A DNA stretch of 64,000 nt from Candidatus Portnoybacteria bacterium. Its GTDB lineage: Bacteria > Patescibacteriota > Minisyncoccia > Portnoybacterales > GWB1-42-6. Numbering within the stretch: the first letter of the stretch is position 1; every line of letters starts with the position of its first letter. The notes under the pieces are model-generated. The model did not search any database and had not been told where the DNA came from. It saw nothing but the letters and a program-made list of their open reading frames with translations. Shown one piece after another: positions 29,419 through 38,336 of the stretch. Made by a program: the position numbers and the translations under genes. Where the stretch lies: assembly GCA_028688325.1 (NCBI GenBank), contig JAQTYI010000003.1, positions 32,116-96,115 of the forward strand, read 5' to 3'.

Positions 29419-30510
29419 TTATTCTTCGTCCTTTATCGCCGGGCCTTCAATTTGCATGGGCTCGATATCGCTTGTCTTGCCCGTAATTTTCACAACATCC
29501 TTGTCTATCTTGCCAAACTCCTTGTAGGCACGGTTATACATATTAACGGTTGTGCCAAGATTGTTGCCGAGTTTTTTCAGATATTCTTCGTAGCTCCCCA
29601 GATGCTTTTGCAGCATTTCCACATACTTGCGGATTTCCTTGGCCGATTCCTCGATCTGCAACGCGCGCAAGCCCTGCATCACCGTTTGCAGATAAGCGAA
29701 AAACGAAGTTGGCGAAACGATGATGACATGCTTTTCCTTGAACGCGTATTCTATCAAATCGCGCGTATTCACTTTGATGGCGCCCACTTGGTTTATCAAC
29801 AAGTCATAATATATGCCTTCAGCCGGAATGAACATAAAGGCGAAATCCATCGTGTCTTCGTTGGGCCGGATGTATTTGGCGGTTTCGTCTATCCGGTTTT
29901 TCAAGTCCATCTTGAACTGCTTTTCCAGATACTCTTTTTGCGTTTCGTCTTTTTCCTGCAGAATGCGGTTATAATTTTCCAATGAGAACTTTGAATCGAT
30001 GGGAATTATCTTGTCCTTAACAAACACGGCCGCGTCCACGATGTCGCCGTTCTTGAATTCGTATTGCATCTGATAGTTTTTGGGCGGAAGAACATTCTTC
30101 AGAACATTTTCCAAAAAATATTCGCCCAAAACCCCGCGGTGCTTGGGATTTTTTAAGACATCTTCCAACCCCTGCAGCTGATCGGCCACATTCATCACCT
30201 GTTTGTTGGTTTCATCCAGCTTGGTCAGTTTTTCCGTCACATTGATCATCTTATCGCCCATATCTTTGACGATCTTTGAACTTTGGGCAAATTGCTGCTG
30301 GAACATCTTGGCCGAGTCGCCCATTTTGCTATCCACCTGTGTGCCAAAGGTTTGCAAGGTCTGGCGCAACTCTTTCAACTGCTCCTGCATCATCAAAATG
30401 GCCGAGTTATCCTGCGGCTTATCTTCCGGCTTTTTTTTCAGAGTAATATAAATCAGCGCGCCGACAGCGGCCAGAACGACAAATAACAGATAATCTTGCC
30501 ATATACTCAT
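29419..30510 (-). CDS. rmuC: DNA recombination protein RmuC
   Basis: N-terminal TM, RG.LGE, IDSKF, TMDFAFMFIP.E, VSPT. Confidence 0.9.
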   Translation of the reverse strand: MSIWQDYLLFVVLAAVGALIYITLKKKPEDKPQDNSAILMMQEQLKELRQTLQTFGTQVDSKMGDSAKMFQQQFAQSSKIVKDMGDKMINVTEKLTKLDETNKQVMNVADQLQGLEDVLKNPKHRGVLGEYFLENVLKNVLPPKNYQMQYEFKNGDIVDAAVFVKDKIIPIDSKFSLENYNRILQEKDETQKEYLEKQFKMDLKNRIDETAKYIRPNEDTMDFAFMFIPAEGIYYDLLINQVGAIKVNTRDLIEYAFKEKHVIIVSPTSFFAYLQTVMQGLRALQIEESAKEIRKYVEMLQKHLGSYEEYLKKLGNNLGTTVNMYNRAYKEFGKIDKDVVKITGKTSDIEPMQIEGPAIKDEE

Positions 30511-30534
30511 GAATTTAATTTAAATTTAATCACC

Positions 30535-30563
30535 TTGACATACACTTATCAACAGCCTATACT
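30535..30563 (+). promoter_or_regulatory. Consensus sigma70 promoter facing the DUF3800 3' end
   Basis: TTGACA-17-TATACT. Confidence 0.8.
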
Positions 30564-30568
30564 ATAGG

Positions 30569-30617
30569 TGTAAGTATCGAAGAAAGGCGTCGACCGTTAG
30601 GACGATGGCCTTTTTTC
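30569..30617 (+). ncRNA. Putative ~48-nt small RNA convergent with and overlapping the DUF3800 gene
   Basis: Promoter followed by hairpin aggcgtcgaccgttaggacgatggcct plus T6; no ORF. Confidence 0.5.
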
Positions 30618-31412
30618 ATTTTCTACTACATCTAAGGCAATAATTGGCAACCTACGCCTGATATCTTTATCCACAAAAACATTGAAATTATAGCTTTTAA
30701 AACCATTCATAAATTCCTTAGCTCCCGCGTTATTTTTTAAGTATTCTAAAAACCTTCTTTTATATTTATCACCGCTTAAAATAAGATTGGTTGATAATTT
30801 CAAATCGTAGCTTATTGCTCCAACTATCAAATCCGCTATTTGCAAAAGATCATTTGATTTTGAGTCAAAACGACAAACACCGGCAACTGCTAGTCTCTTA
30901 AATTTATCGTTTATTTTTCTTTTAACATTAACTTCAAATTTAATATCTTTTGGCGTTAAAATATGGTCGGCAATTACCATTATAATCTCGTTATAAGCAA
31001 TGCCAGACTCCAGGACTCTAATTGAGATATCTTCGTATGATTTCCAGGGATCTGCACCAAATTCTCGAAGAAAATACTCCCCCTCTTTGTCTACAGAATA
31101 AGAATTAAAACAAGTACTCCTAGTCGCGAAAAACGCATCTATCGAAAATTTTGCAAAATCTATATTATTCTTAGACAATTTATTAAACTTCATCTCATCA
31201 TAAAAATGACGCTTATTTCTTTCATAGATAATTTTACTGTTTAAATAATATGGTTGAGAGCATTTTATAAACCCGACTGTAAAGAATGGGTCTTTTTTAT
31301 TATTCAGACTGCCGCTCTCGTCCAAAAAACAAAATTTAGTCCAAATTTTTCGATAATCGGTTAAAGAAAGATTATTATTCTCTTTTCCTCTTAAAAAATT
31401 AAAGGCCCCCAT
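30597..31412 (-). CDS. DUF3800 domain protein
   Basis: FLDESG near the N-terminus and DS....LLQIADL near the C-terminus; markedly AT-rich. Confidence 0.8.
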   Translation of the reverse strand: MGAFNFLRGKENNNLSLTDYRKIWTKFCFLDESGSLNNKKDPFFTVGFIKCSQPYYLNSKIIYERNKRHFYDEMKFNKLSKNNIDFAKFSIDAFFATRSTCFNSYSVDKEGEYFLREFGADPWKSYEDISIRVLESGIAYNEIIMVIADHILTPKDIKFEVNVKRKINDKFKRLAVAGVCRFDSKSNDLLQIADLIVGAISYDLKLSTNLILSGDKYKRRFLEYLKNNAGAKEFMNGFKSYNFNVFVDKDIRRRLPIIALDVVENEKRPSS

Positions 31413-31445
31413 TTTTATATTAGTAAATTATCTTATATTATAATT

Positions 31446-32237
31446 TTAACACTTTTTCTTATAGATTAACAGCAACAGAGAAATAGAGAAAATTACTACT
31501 GCTATCCACTGGCTCACGCTCAAAATCCCCCAGCGAGGGTCGGCTAGGGGGCCGGAGGAAACGCGAATGAATTCAAGGAAAAAACGGATGGCGGAATAAG
31601 AAATTAGGAATAATAAAAAGAATAGACCATCTGTCATCGTGAGCCCCGCAGGGGCGTGGCGATCCCGCGATACTGCCGCGTCCACGGAATTGCTTCGTTC
31701 CGCTCGCAATGACATATTTTTTATTTTTTTCTGTAAAAACCAAAACACTGCCAACAACCCGAACCCGACCAGCGATTCATATATCCCCATCGGATGGCGC
31801 GAAATGCCGTCCGGCCATAAAATTCCCCAGGGTAAATTTGTCGGCGCGCCCTGGTGGTCGTTGATTAAAATACAGCCGATGCGGCCAATGCCAATTCCCA
31901 GCGCCATCGGTAGAACAAACAAATCGGCTGTTTTCCAAAAAGGTATTTTGGCCTTTTCCATATACGCCCACCCAAACAATATCGCGCCGATCAATCCACC
32001 CATAAAAGCGGCTCCGCCGCCCGCGGTTAACCGCGCCAGAACCCACGCGCCCGATATTGCGCCAAAAAAAATCGCGACGGCCAGGCCCGCGATTTTTTTT
32101 GGCGCCAGATTTTCTTTCCGGGCCAAGTAATAAAACAATAGATATCCAACGCTAAACCCCAGCCCCGCGAACAAACCCCAGATATAAAGCTTTACGGGAC
32201 CAAGAGAGATTTGATTAATAACAAAATACGGTATCAT
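31446..32237 (-). CDS. lgt: Prolipoprotein diacylglyceryl transferase family
   Basis: FMGGLIG, GIGRIGC, LPWG, RHP..IYE, Y..IRFF.EF.R. Confidence 0.85.
   Translation of the reverse strand: MIPYFVINQISLGPVKLYIWGLFAGLGFSVGYLLFYYLARKENLAPKKIAGLAVAIFFGAISGAWVLARLTAGGGAAFMGGLIGAILFGWAYMEKAKIPFWKTADLFVLPMALGIGIGRIGCILINDHQGAPTNLPWGILWPDGISRHPMGIYESLVGFGLLAVFWFLQKKIKNMSLRAERSNSVDAAVSRDRHAPAGLTMTDGLFFLLFLISYSAIRFFLEFIRVSSGPLADPRWGILSVSQWIAVVIFSISLLLLIYKKKC
31632..31714. repeat. TGTCAT...ATGACA element in frame in lgt
   Basis: Encodes MSLRAERSNSVDAAVSRDRHAPAGLTMT between TM helices. Confidence 0.8.
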
Positions 32238-32248
32238 AAATCCAAGAC

Positions 32249-32437
32249 CGCGCATACGAAAAATTTTGATAGAAAATAGCAATGAGCCGAGCGTCTAAAT
32301 TTGCGTGCTGTGGCGGGGCCCCGACCGTCAGGTCGGGGCGTTGAGGATAGCAAATTTAGCGAGGCGAGTTCTATTTTCTCAAAATTTTATCGTCGCGCGG
32401 GAACTCTTTTGCTACTTTTCTGGTTACAGAAAAGTAG
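32249..32437. repeat. Long structured intergenic repeat
   Basis: Collinear with 17855-18048. Confidence 0.85.
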
Positions 32438-32446
32438 ATGAAAAAA

Positions 32447-33337
32447 TTAATAATTTACCAGCTTCTCCGTTATCGATTCCAGCCAGTCATCGGCATGGAA
32501 ACGCCGGATGATATACCTAAACTTGGGTTGCTGGTCAATGATTTTATACACACTGAAGGCCGCCTGATAGCCGGCTTCTTTGGCAAGCTGAATGACATGG
32601 TCGTTATAGCTTCCGCCGGGATAAGCGAGTAAATCAACTTTTTTGCCGATCCTTTCCTCCAATATTTTTTTACTGCCCGCGAGCTCCGCGCTTAATTGCT
32701 TGTCGTCAACTTTGTTCATAGCCGCGTGATCCAAAGAATGGCTGCCTATGCTCATGCCGTTATCGCTCATTTCCTTAACCTGCTGCCAAGTCATAAAATC
32801 CCTTTTATCTATCCAATCGGTCGTAATAAAGAATGTCGCGGTCATACCGTATTTTTTAAGCAGAGGATAAGCCCATTTGTATTGGCCGTAGCGGCCGTCG
32901 TCAAACGAAATAGCCACGGCTTCTGGCGGCAATGGCTTGCCGGTATCAAAATAATCCAGCAGATCATAAACCGAAACTATCTGATAATTGTTGTCTTTAA
33001 AATATTTCAAATGCGCCTCAAAGCCCTCCGGCGAAACAGTAAAAGCGCGGTCTGTGATAGTTGAGCTGGCAACATCGGGCATTGGCCGGATGTGGTGATA
33101 ATTGAAAACCGGAAATTTTATAACAGCGTTATCAGCCGGCTTTTGATAGCTCGGTTCAGGTGTCATCTCGGCGCTTGAAGGCAGCGGCTCTTGCGTTAGG
33201 GTTCTTTGCGGCAATAAAGTCGGAGTCGATGAATTATTGATTTGCACGGTATTTTCCGCTCGCATCCAATTATAAAAAACCGCTCCGATAGTGGCCAGCA
33301 GCATCAAAATAAGAAAGATGAAAAAAGCTTTTTTCAT
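32447..33337 (-). CDS. Polysaccharide deacetylase (CE4), membrane anchored
   Basis: YHHI, SFDDG, GSHSLDH, AYPGG. Confidence 0.9.
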   Translation of the reverse strand: MKKAFFIFLILMLLATIGAVFYNWMRAENTVQINNSSTPTLLPQRTLTQEPLPSSAEMTPEPSYQKPADNAVIKFPVFNYHHIRPMPDVASSTITDRAFTVSPEGFEAHLKYFKDNNYQIVSVYDLLDYFDTGKPLPPEAVAISFDDGRYGQYKWAYPLLKKYGMTATFFITTDWIDKRDFMTWQQVKEMSDNGMSIGSHSLDHAAMNKVDDKQLSAELAGSKKILEERIGKKVDLLAYPGGSYNDHVIQLAKEAGYQAAFSVYKIIDQQPKFRYIIRRFHADDWLESITEKLVNY

Positions 33338-33496
33338 TGGTAGCCCTACGGGGAATCGGCCGCGGCTCTCGGCTCGCCATCGCTCGCCTCGGCCTGGCCA
33401 CCGCCTCGCCAAATTTTCCGCTGAAAATTCGGCTCCGGCGTTCGATTCCCGACACGAGCCAAGCAATTGGCTCGCTTGCTTTTATGGTATTTATAG
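33338..33496 (-). mobile_element. tRNA-Glu 3'-anchored mini-element with duplicated tRNA 3' end carrying CCA
   Basis: 19-bp direct repeat gtagccctacggggaatcg at 33340 and 33496; core homologous to 10978-11137. Confidence 0.65.
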
Positions 33497-33568
33497 TAGC
33501 CCTACGGGGAATCGAACCCCGATTTTACGGATGAGAACCGTATATCCTAGCCGTTAGATGATAGGGCC
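33497..33568 (-). tRNA. tRNA-Glu(CTC)
   Basis: GGCCCTATCATCTAACGGCTAGGA-TACGG-TTCTCAT-CCGTA...GGTTCGATTCC. Confidence 0.93.
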
Positions 33569-33659
33569 AAAACTTACTTTACTTTACCATAATTTTTATT
33601 TTTTTCAATAAAAAACGGGTCGCGCTCAGCGCGACCCGAAAGAACATAGAACGCTGGAG

Positions 33660-33881
33660 TTAAAGCCCGAGGAAGGACAGCGCGGTTTCCCAGAAGGAGG
33701 GGGAGCGCGCCAAAGCATCTTCCCTTGAAAGGCCACAGCTCGAACAGAATTTATCAGCCGGGAAGACCTTTTCGCGGCAGCTGCAGCATTGAGGCAATTT
33801 TACCTCAATCAGCTTCGCGCCACATAAAGAACAGTAGTTACCAAAGACCGATGTCATTTTGCAGCTTGGACAATCTTTCAT
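33660..33881 (-). CDS. Small double zinc-ribbon protein
   Basis: CPSC, YCSLCG, CCSC, FCSSCG; GGGAGGTG RBS. Confidence 0.75.
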   Translation of the reverse strand: MKDCPSCKMTSVFGNYCSLCGAKLIEVKLPQCCSCREKVFPADKFCSSCGLSREDALARSPSFWETALSFLGL

Positions 33882-33953
33882 TTTTTCACCTCCCCTCTTC
33901 TTGCTGTTTTTTTGATAAAAAATACTACTCTCAGCATACCATCCAGCCGGGGC

Positions 33954-33982
33954 TTGACAAGTGAACGATTGTTCAATAAACT
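33954..33982 (+). promoter_or_regulatory. lexA promoter with GAAC-N4-GTTC SOS-type box
   Basis: TTGACA-17-TAAACT with TGAACgattGTTCA (33962-33975) in the spacer. Confidence 0.8.
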
Positions 33983-33998
33983 GAAAATATAATAAATT

Positions 33999-34112
33999 AC
34001 TCCTCCCTTTTGTAAAGAGAGGGCAGGAGGGATTTAAGAAGCTTTCTAAATCCACCCTAACCCTCTCGCCTCGCTAAAGCTATGGCGAAGCGGGCCCTTA
34101 TAAAAGGAGGGA
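33999..34112. repeat. CCTCCC..AAAG.GAGGG repeats with nested palindrome in the lexA leader
   Basis: Similar to the copies at 25770 and 18913. Confidence 0.65.
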
Positions 34113-34121
34113 ACAAATCCC

Positions 34122-34694
34122 ATGGACATCCAAAAAGCATTAGACAAAATCCGTAAATTCTACCGCCAGCGAAAGCGCCTTCCCTCTTATCGAGAAATAG
34201 CGGAGCTCTTAAATTTTAAATCCGTTAACGCGGCCTGGCGCGTGGTAAAGAAATTGATTGATCAGGGCTACTTGGATAAGGACAGCCAAGGAAAATTGAT
34301 ACCGAAAAAATTGGCGCACGAGCTCAAGGTTCTGGGCACGGTGGCTGCCGGCATGCCGACACTGGCCAATCAGGAAGATATGGATACTTTATCGCTGGAT
34401 GATTACCTGCTCACCAATCCTTCCAGAAATTATATGCTGCGCGTCATCGGCCAATCCATGAAAGACGCGGGCATTTCGCCCAACGACCTCGTTATCGTGG
34501 AATCCGAAAAAGAACCGCTCAACGGCGATATAGTGGTAGCCGAGGTTGACGGCGACTGGACTATGAAATATTATCAAAAACGCAAAAATGAAGTTGTTCT
34601 GATTCCCGCCAACAAGGATTATCCCAATGTCTATCCCAAACAAAACTTGCGCATCGGCGGAGTCGTTGTTTCACTGATAAAGAAATATTACTAG
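34122..34694 (+). CDS. lexA: LexA-family repressor / S24 peptidase
   Basis: PSYREIA wHTH, VAAG cleavage site, GQSM and TMK catalytic Ser/Lys. Confidence 0.85.
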   Translation: MDIQKALDKIRKFYRQRKRLPSYREIAELLNFKSVNAAWRVVKKLIDQGYLDKDSQGKLIPKKLAHELKVLGTVAAGMPTLANQEDMDTLSLDDYLLTNPSRNYMLRVIGQSMKDAGISPNDLVIVESEKEPLNGDIVVAEVDGDWTMKYYQKRKNEVVLIPANKDYPNVYPKQNLRIGGVVVSLIKKYY

Positions 34695-34696
34695 AA

Positions 34697-34800
34697 GCGC
34701 GGATATGGACGCAAATCTTATAACGCCGATCAAAAAACGCGGATCTAAAATTTAGGATCCGCGTTGATATCCGCTTGCCATATCCGTGTTAAGATCAGCG
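34697..34800. repeat. Inverted (CGCGGAT)-type short repeat array
   Basis: cgcggat/cgcaaat/cgccgat/cgcggat mirrored by atccgcg/atccgct/atccgtg/atcagcg. Confidence 0.65.
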
Positions 34801-36093
34801 GCTCTCCCATTCTTCTCCCTGGCGCACCAGCAATTCCTTGGCTCGTTCCGGCTCAGCCATCAGTTCTTTGACTATTTTTTCCATGCGCATACCTTGAGAT
34901 CCTTTTACCAATATTATATCCCCTTCTTTTATCATGTCCTGCAATTCGCGTCCCGCATCTTCGGAGTCGGCAAAATACCAAGCTCTTTCCTGCGCCAAGC
35001 CGTTTTTTTTGGCCTCATCGGCCATAAAAATTGACTTTTCTCCAACCGCCAGCAGAATATCCGCCGCCTTGGCCACATTGGCGCCGATCTTCCGGTGCGC
35101 TTCTTCCGAAAAAGCGCCTAATTCCAGCATATCGCCGAGTGCGGCGATTTTACGGCCGGGTTCTCCGTCAGTGCGCAAATTGGACATTCTCCCCAGCAAT
35201 TCCAGCGCCTTCAAAGAAGAGCTGGGTGAAGAGTTGTAAGTATCGTCAATTATCCAGGTTTTTTTTATGCCGCGAAGCAGGCGCAAGCGGCCGGGATACG
35301 GCGTAATACTTTTAAGCGCCTGGGCGATTTCCACCAGGTTCAATTTAAAAATCAAACCCACGGCCATACCCGCCAAAACCGCGTAAACTTGATGCTGCGC
35401 GCAAAGGCCGGATAAGCGAACCGGAACATTACTGCCCTGGTAATCGACCTTAAAAGACATTCCCACATCGCTTAAGTCGTCCAATCTCTGCTCAAAATTG
35501 GAGGCGCGTAAATCGGCTTTTTCATCAAAACCGTAGGTAAAAATTTGCGCCGGAGTTTTGCGCGCCATGGCGCGCACGCGCTGGTCGTCGTAATTTAAGA
35601 CCGCCCAGCCGCCCTTGTCCAGACCGCGCACCAGATTCGCTTTTTCTTTGGCCACTTGGTCCGCGCCCTGGAAGAATTCAACATGCACAGGAATCTCTCC
35701 GATGGCGGTGATGACGCCCACATGGCATTTGATGAAATCCGTCAGATATGCGATATCGCCCATCTTATCGGCGCCCATCTCCAAAACCAAGATTTTGGGA
35801 TAGTTTTTGGCATATAAAATTTCAAAAAAACCTATCAAAAGCGTTTGCAGCCATCGCCAAACGGAATCGCCGCAACTGATCTGGCCCAAAATGGTAAGCG
35901 GCGCACCGATTTCATTGTTGTAATTTTTAATATTGCGGCGCACGCCGAATTTTTCTTTCAAAACCGCGTAGATGGCTTCTTTGGCGGCGGTTTTACCAAC
36001 GCTGCCGGTCACGCCAATGACCAGGGGCTTATAACGCCACAATGTGGCCCGGGCAAGAATTTTTAAAATAAAGCAAAGAATTTTTTTGGGCAT
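34795..36093 (-). CDS. murF: UDP-MurNAc-tripeptide--D-Ala-D-Ala ligase
   Basis: GVTGSVGKT, NNEIG.P, LEMG, DDTYN, GDMLELG, VKGSQG. Confidence 0.92.
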   Translation of the reverse strand: MPKKILCFILKILARATLWRYKPLVIGVTGSVGKTAAKEAIYAVLKEKFGVRRNIKNYNNEIGAPLTILGQISCGDSVWRWLQTLLIGFFEILYAKNYPKILVLEMGADKMGDIAYLTDFIKCHVGVITAIGEIPVHVEFFQGADQVAKEKANLVRGLDKGGWAVLNYDDQRVRAMARKTPAQIFTYGFDEKADLRASNFEQRLDDLSDVGMSFKVDYQGSNVPVRLSGLCAQHQVYAVLAGMAVGLIFKLNLVEIAQALKSITPYPGRLRLLRGIKKTWIIDDTYNSSPSSSLKALELLGRMSNLRTDGEPGRKIAALGDMLELGAFSEEAHRKIGANVAKAADILLAVGEKSIFMADEAKKNGLAQERAWYFADSEDAGRELQDMIKEGDIILVKGSQGMRMEKIVKELMAEPERAKELLVRQGEEWESR

Positions 36094-36261
36094 ACGATTA
36101 TTCTGATTAGACCGAGAGCGAGGATTTACTTTCCTGAAACGCTCAGTTTTGCAAGCGGGCACGGTGTCCCGACTTTATGGAGGGACGAGCGAGCAAAACT
36201 GGCGAGTGAAATTTTCCTGGCTGGGGAAAATTTTACGATTTCAGAAAGTAAGTCCGAGCGA
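36090..36261. repeat. Long structured repeat; its end contains the murF ATG
   Basis: Collinear with 6681-6852. Confidence 0.8.
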
Positions 36262-36265
36262 TTAT

Positions 36266-37966
36266 TTACTCTTCCGGCGGAATCTCATAATAATTAAAAA
36301 GGTATCTGGCCAAATCGCTAAACACCGGCGCCAGCGACTCTGAGGCGAACTGGATGCCACGCGGTTTTTCCAGGCGCAGAAAAATCAAAAATTTCGGATC
36401 ATAAGCCGGAGCATAGCCCTCAAAAGAATGATTGGTTTCATCGGCCGAGTAACCGCCGCTTGAGGCGATTTGCGCTGTGCCCGTCTTGCCGGCCACAAAA
36501 TATCCGGGCAACTTCACCTTATCATAACCGTTACGGACCGTGCTGACCAGCATAGCGGTCAATTTACCGGCGGTCTGCGGCGCCACGGCCTGGCGTATGA
36601 TTTTGGGCTGGGTAATCTCTTCCCGGCCGTCAGGATGAACTATTTTTTCCACAACATATGGTCGCATAAGTTTGCCGCCGTTGGCAATGGCGGCGATAGA
36701 CGAGGCCATTTCTATCGGCGTCACAGAAATGCCTTGGCCGAAAGCGGCAGTGGCAAAATTTATCTCCCTGTTTTCCCTGATATTTTTCAGGTCGCCCCTG
36801 GTTTCGCCCGACAGATCAATGCCGGTCAGTTCGTCGAAACCGAACGCCTCAATGTATTTTTTGAAAATTTCTCCACCGATCAGCCGCTGCACGAAAACGA
36901 CTCCCGTGTTGATTGATTTTTCCAAAACATTGGTCATGGTGCTTGGCCCGTAGGTTTTTTGCTGGGCGTTCTGAATGGTATAACTGCCAATCTGCAAAAT
37001 GCCGGCATCGGTGTAGGCGGTTTCCGGCGAAATTTTTCCCGTGTCCAAGCCGGCAGCCATAACGATGGGCTTAAAAACAGAACCGGGCTCATATAGTTTT
37101 TGCACGCAAGAATTCATAAAAAAATCCGCGCTTTTGGTTTTTTGGTATTCGTTGGGATCAAAATCGGGTAAGCTCACCATAGCCCGGATGGCGCCGGTTT
37201 TCGGCTCCATTACCACGGCACAAGCGGCGCCGGCGTTCCATTTGGCCATCAAGGCCTTCATTCTTTGTTCCGCCGCATACTGAATATTCTGATCCAGCGT
37301 TAAATAAATATTCGCTCCGTCCTCCGCCGGCTCCAAATTATAATCACCCATCAAAAGCCAGTTGCCCAGCGCGTCTTTTTGCGACTCCAGCAATCCGCTT
37401 TTTCCGGCCAGCGCTTCTTGATAATATTGTTCAATGCCGTATTGCCCGATTTTTTCATTATCTTTTATGCCGACAAACCCCAAAACATTTGACGCCAAAG
37501 TTCCCTGCGGATACCAGCGCCATTCTTCCGGCGTCAGGCGCACCCCTTTCAGATTAAGACCTTTTATTTTTTCGGCGATTTCATCGTCCAATTTTGATTT
37601 TAACGGCTCGTATGGATCTTTGGGGTCTTTGAGTTTTTCTAGAATTTTTTCCCGCGCCACACCCACCAATGGCGCCAATTTTTCGGCCACTTTGTTTTTA
37701 TCCGCCACTTCTTTGGGCACTAAAAAAACCGTTCGGAAGGAGCGGTTCACGGCCAGAGGGTGCCAAACTCCGCCTTTTTCTTGAATAAAAATTCCCCCGC
37801 GGCGGGGAGTCAATTTTTCCAAAACATCGTGCTGGTCTTCGGCTAAAGCGGCATAAAAGCTATGCCGGATGATTTGAAGAGAAAAAAGACGGACTGCAAT
37901 GCCGCCCGCCACTAACACCAACAAGATCAGTAATGTATAGAGTCGTAAATTGCCAAACTTCAACAT
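36266..37966 (-). CDS. ftsI: Class B penicillin-binding protein (FtsI-like)
   Basis: PGSVFK, SIN, KTGTAQ; dcw context. Confidence 0.9.
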   Translation of the reverse strand: MLKFGNLRLYTLLILLVLVAGGIAVRLFSLQIIRHSFYAALAEDQHDVLEKLTPRRGGIFIQEKGGVWHPLAVNRSFRTVFLVPKEVADKNKVAEKLAPLVGVAREKILEKLKDPKDPYEPLKSKLDDEIAEKIKGLNLKGVRLTPEEWRWYPQGTLASNVLGFVGIKDNEKIGQYGIEQYYQEALAGKSGLLESQKDALGNWLLMGDYNLEPAEDGANIYLTLDQNIQYAAEQRMKALMAKWNAGAACAVVMEPKTGAIRAMVSLPDFDPNEYQKTKSADFFMNSCVQKLYEPGSVFKPIVMAAGLDTGKISPETAYTDAGILQIGSYTIQNAQQKTYGPSTMTNVLEKSINTGVVFVQRLIGGEIFKKYIEAFGFDELTGIDLSGETRGDLKNIRENREINFATAAFGQGISVTPIEMASSIAAIANGGKLMRPYVVEKIVHPDGREEITQPKIIRQAVAPQTAGKLTAMLVSTVRNGYDKVKLPGYFVAGKTGTAQIASSGGYSADETNHSFEGYAPAYDPKFLIFLRLEKPRGIQFASESLAPVFSDLARYLFNYYEIPPEE

Positions 37967-37975
37967 TGTTAGAAA

Positions 37976-38305
37976 TTATGGTTTTTGCGAAAGAGCGAAA
38001 AACCCCGGAACCGTTTTCAAATATTCAACTTTTTCTATCGCCACCAAGTTCAAGTCCTTGGCCGCATTTTCCAAGCTGTTCATGGAACGAACTCGCATCA
38101 GCGAAATCGTTGCGGCCTGATTTGCGTCCTGTTTGGCCTTCAGGGAATTTTGGACCGCGCGCAATTCAAAATTCCGCGCCACCAAGCTGTTTATCTGCGC
38201 CAAATAAAGCACGCTCATCAAAAATAAGCCGAAAATAATGGCTGCGCTCAATGCGATATTGCCTTTTTGTCGGTCGGCAAAAACTATTTGTTTGTGATAG
38301 GTCAT
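37976..38305 (-). CDS. FtsL-like cell division protein
   Basis: One TM plus coiled coil, located between rsmH and ftsI. Confidence 0.6.
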   Translation of the reverse strand: MTYHKQIVFADRQKGNIALSAAIIFGLFLMSVLYLAQINSLVARNFELRAVQNSLKAKQDANQAATISLMRVRSMNSLENAAKDLNLVAIEKVEYLKTVPGFFALSQKP

Positions 38306-38336
38306 AGGTCCAGATTTCTAAATTAGGAAGCGATGA

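Noticed and set aside
33338-33466. N-terminal extensions in the ORF track (deacetylase, also dnaK, murF, mraZ, rplJ, lgt and the 40553 gene)
   Set aside because: The extensions run through repeat or MITE DNA; downstream ATGs match family N-termini. The shared AEFLLPGM peptide is just the MITE TIR
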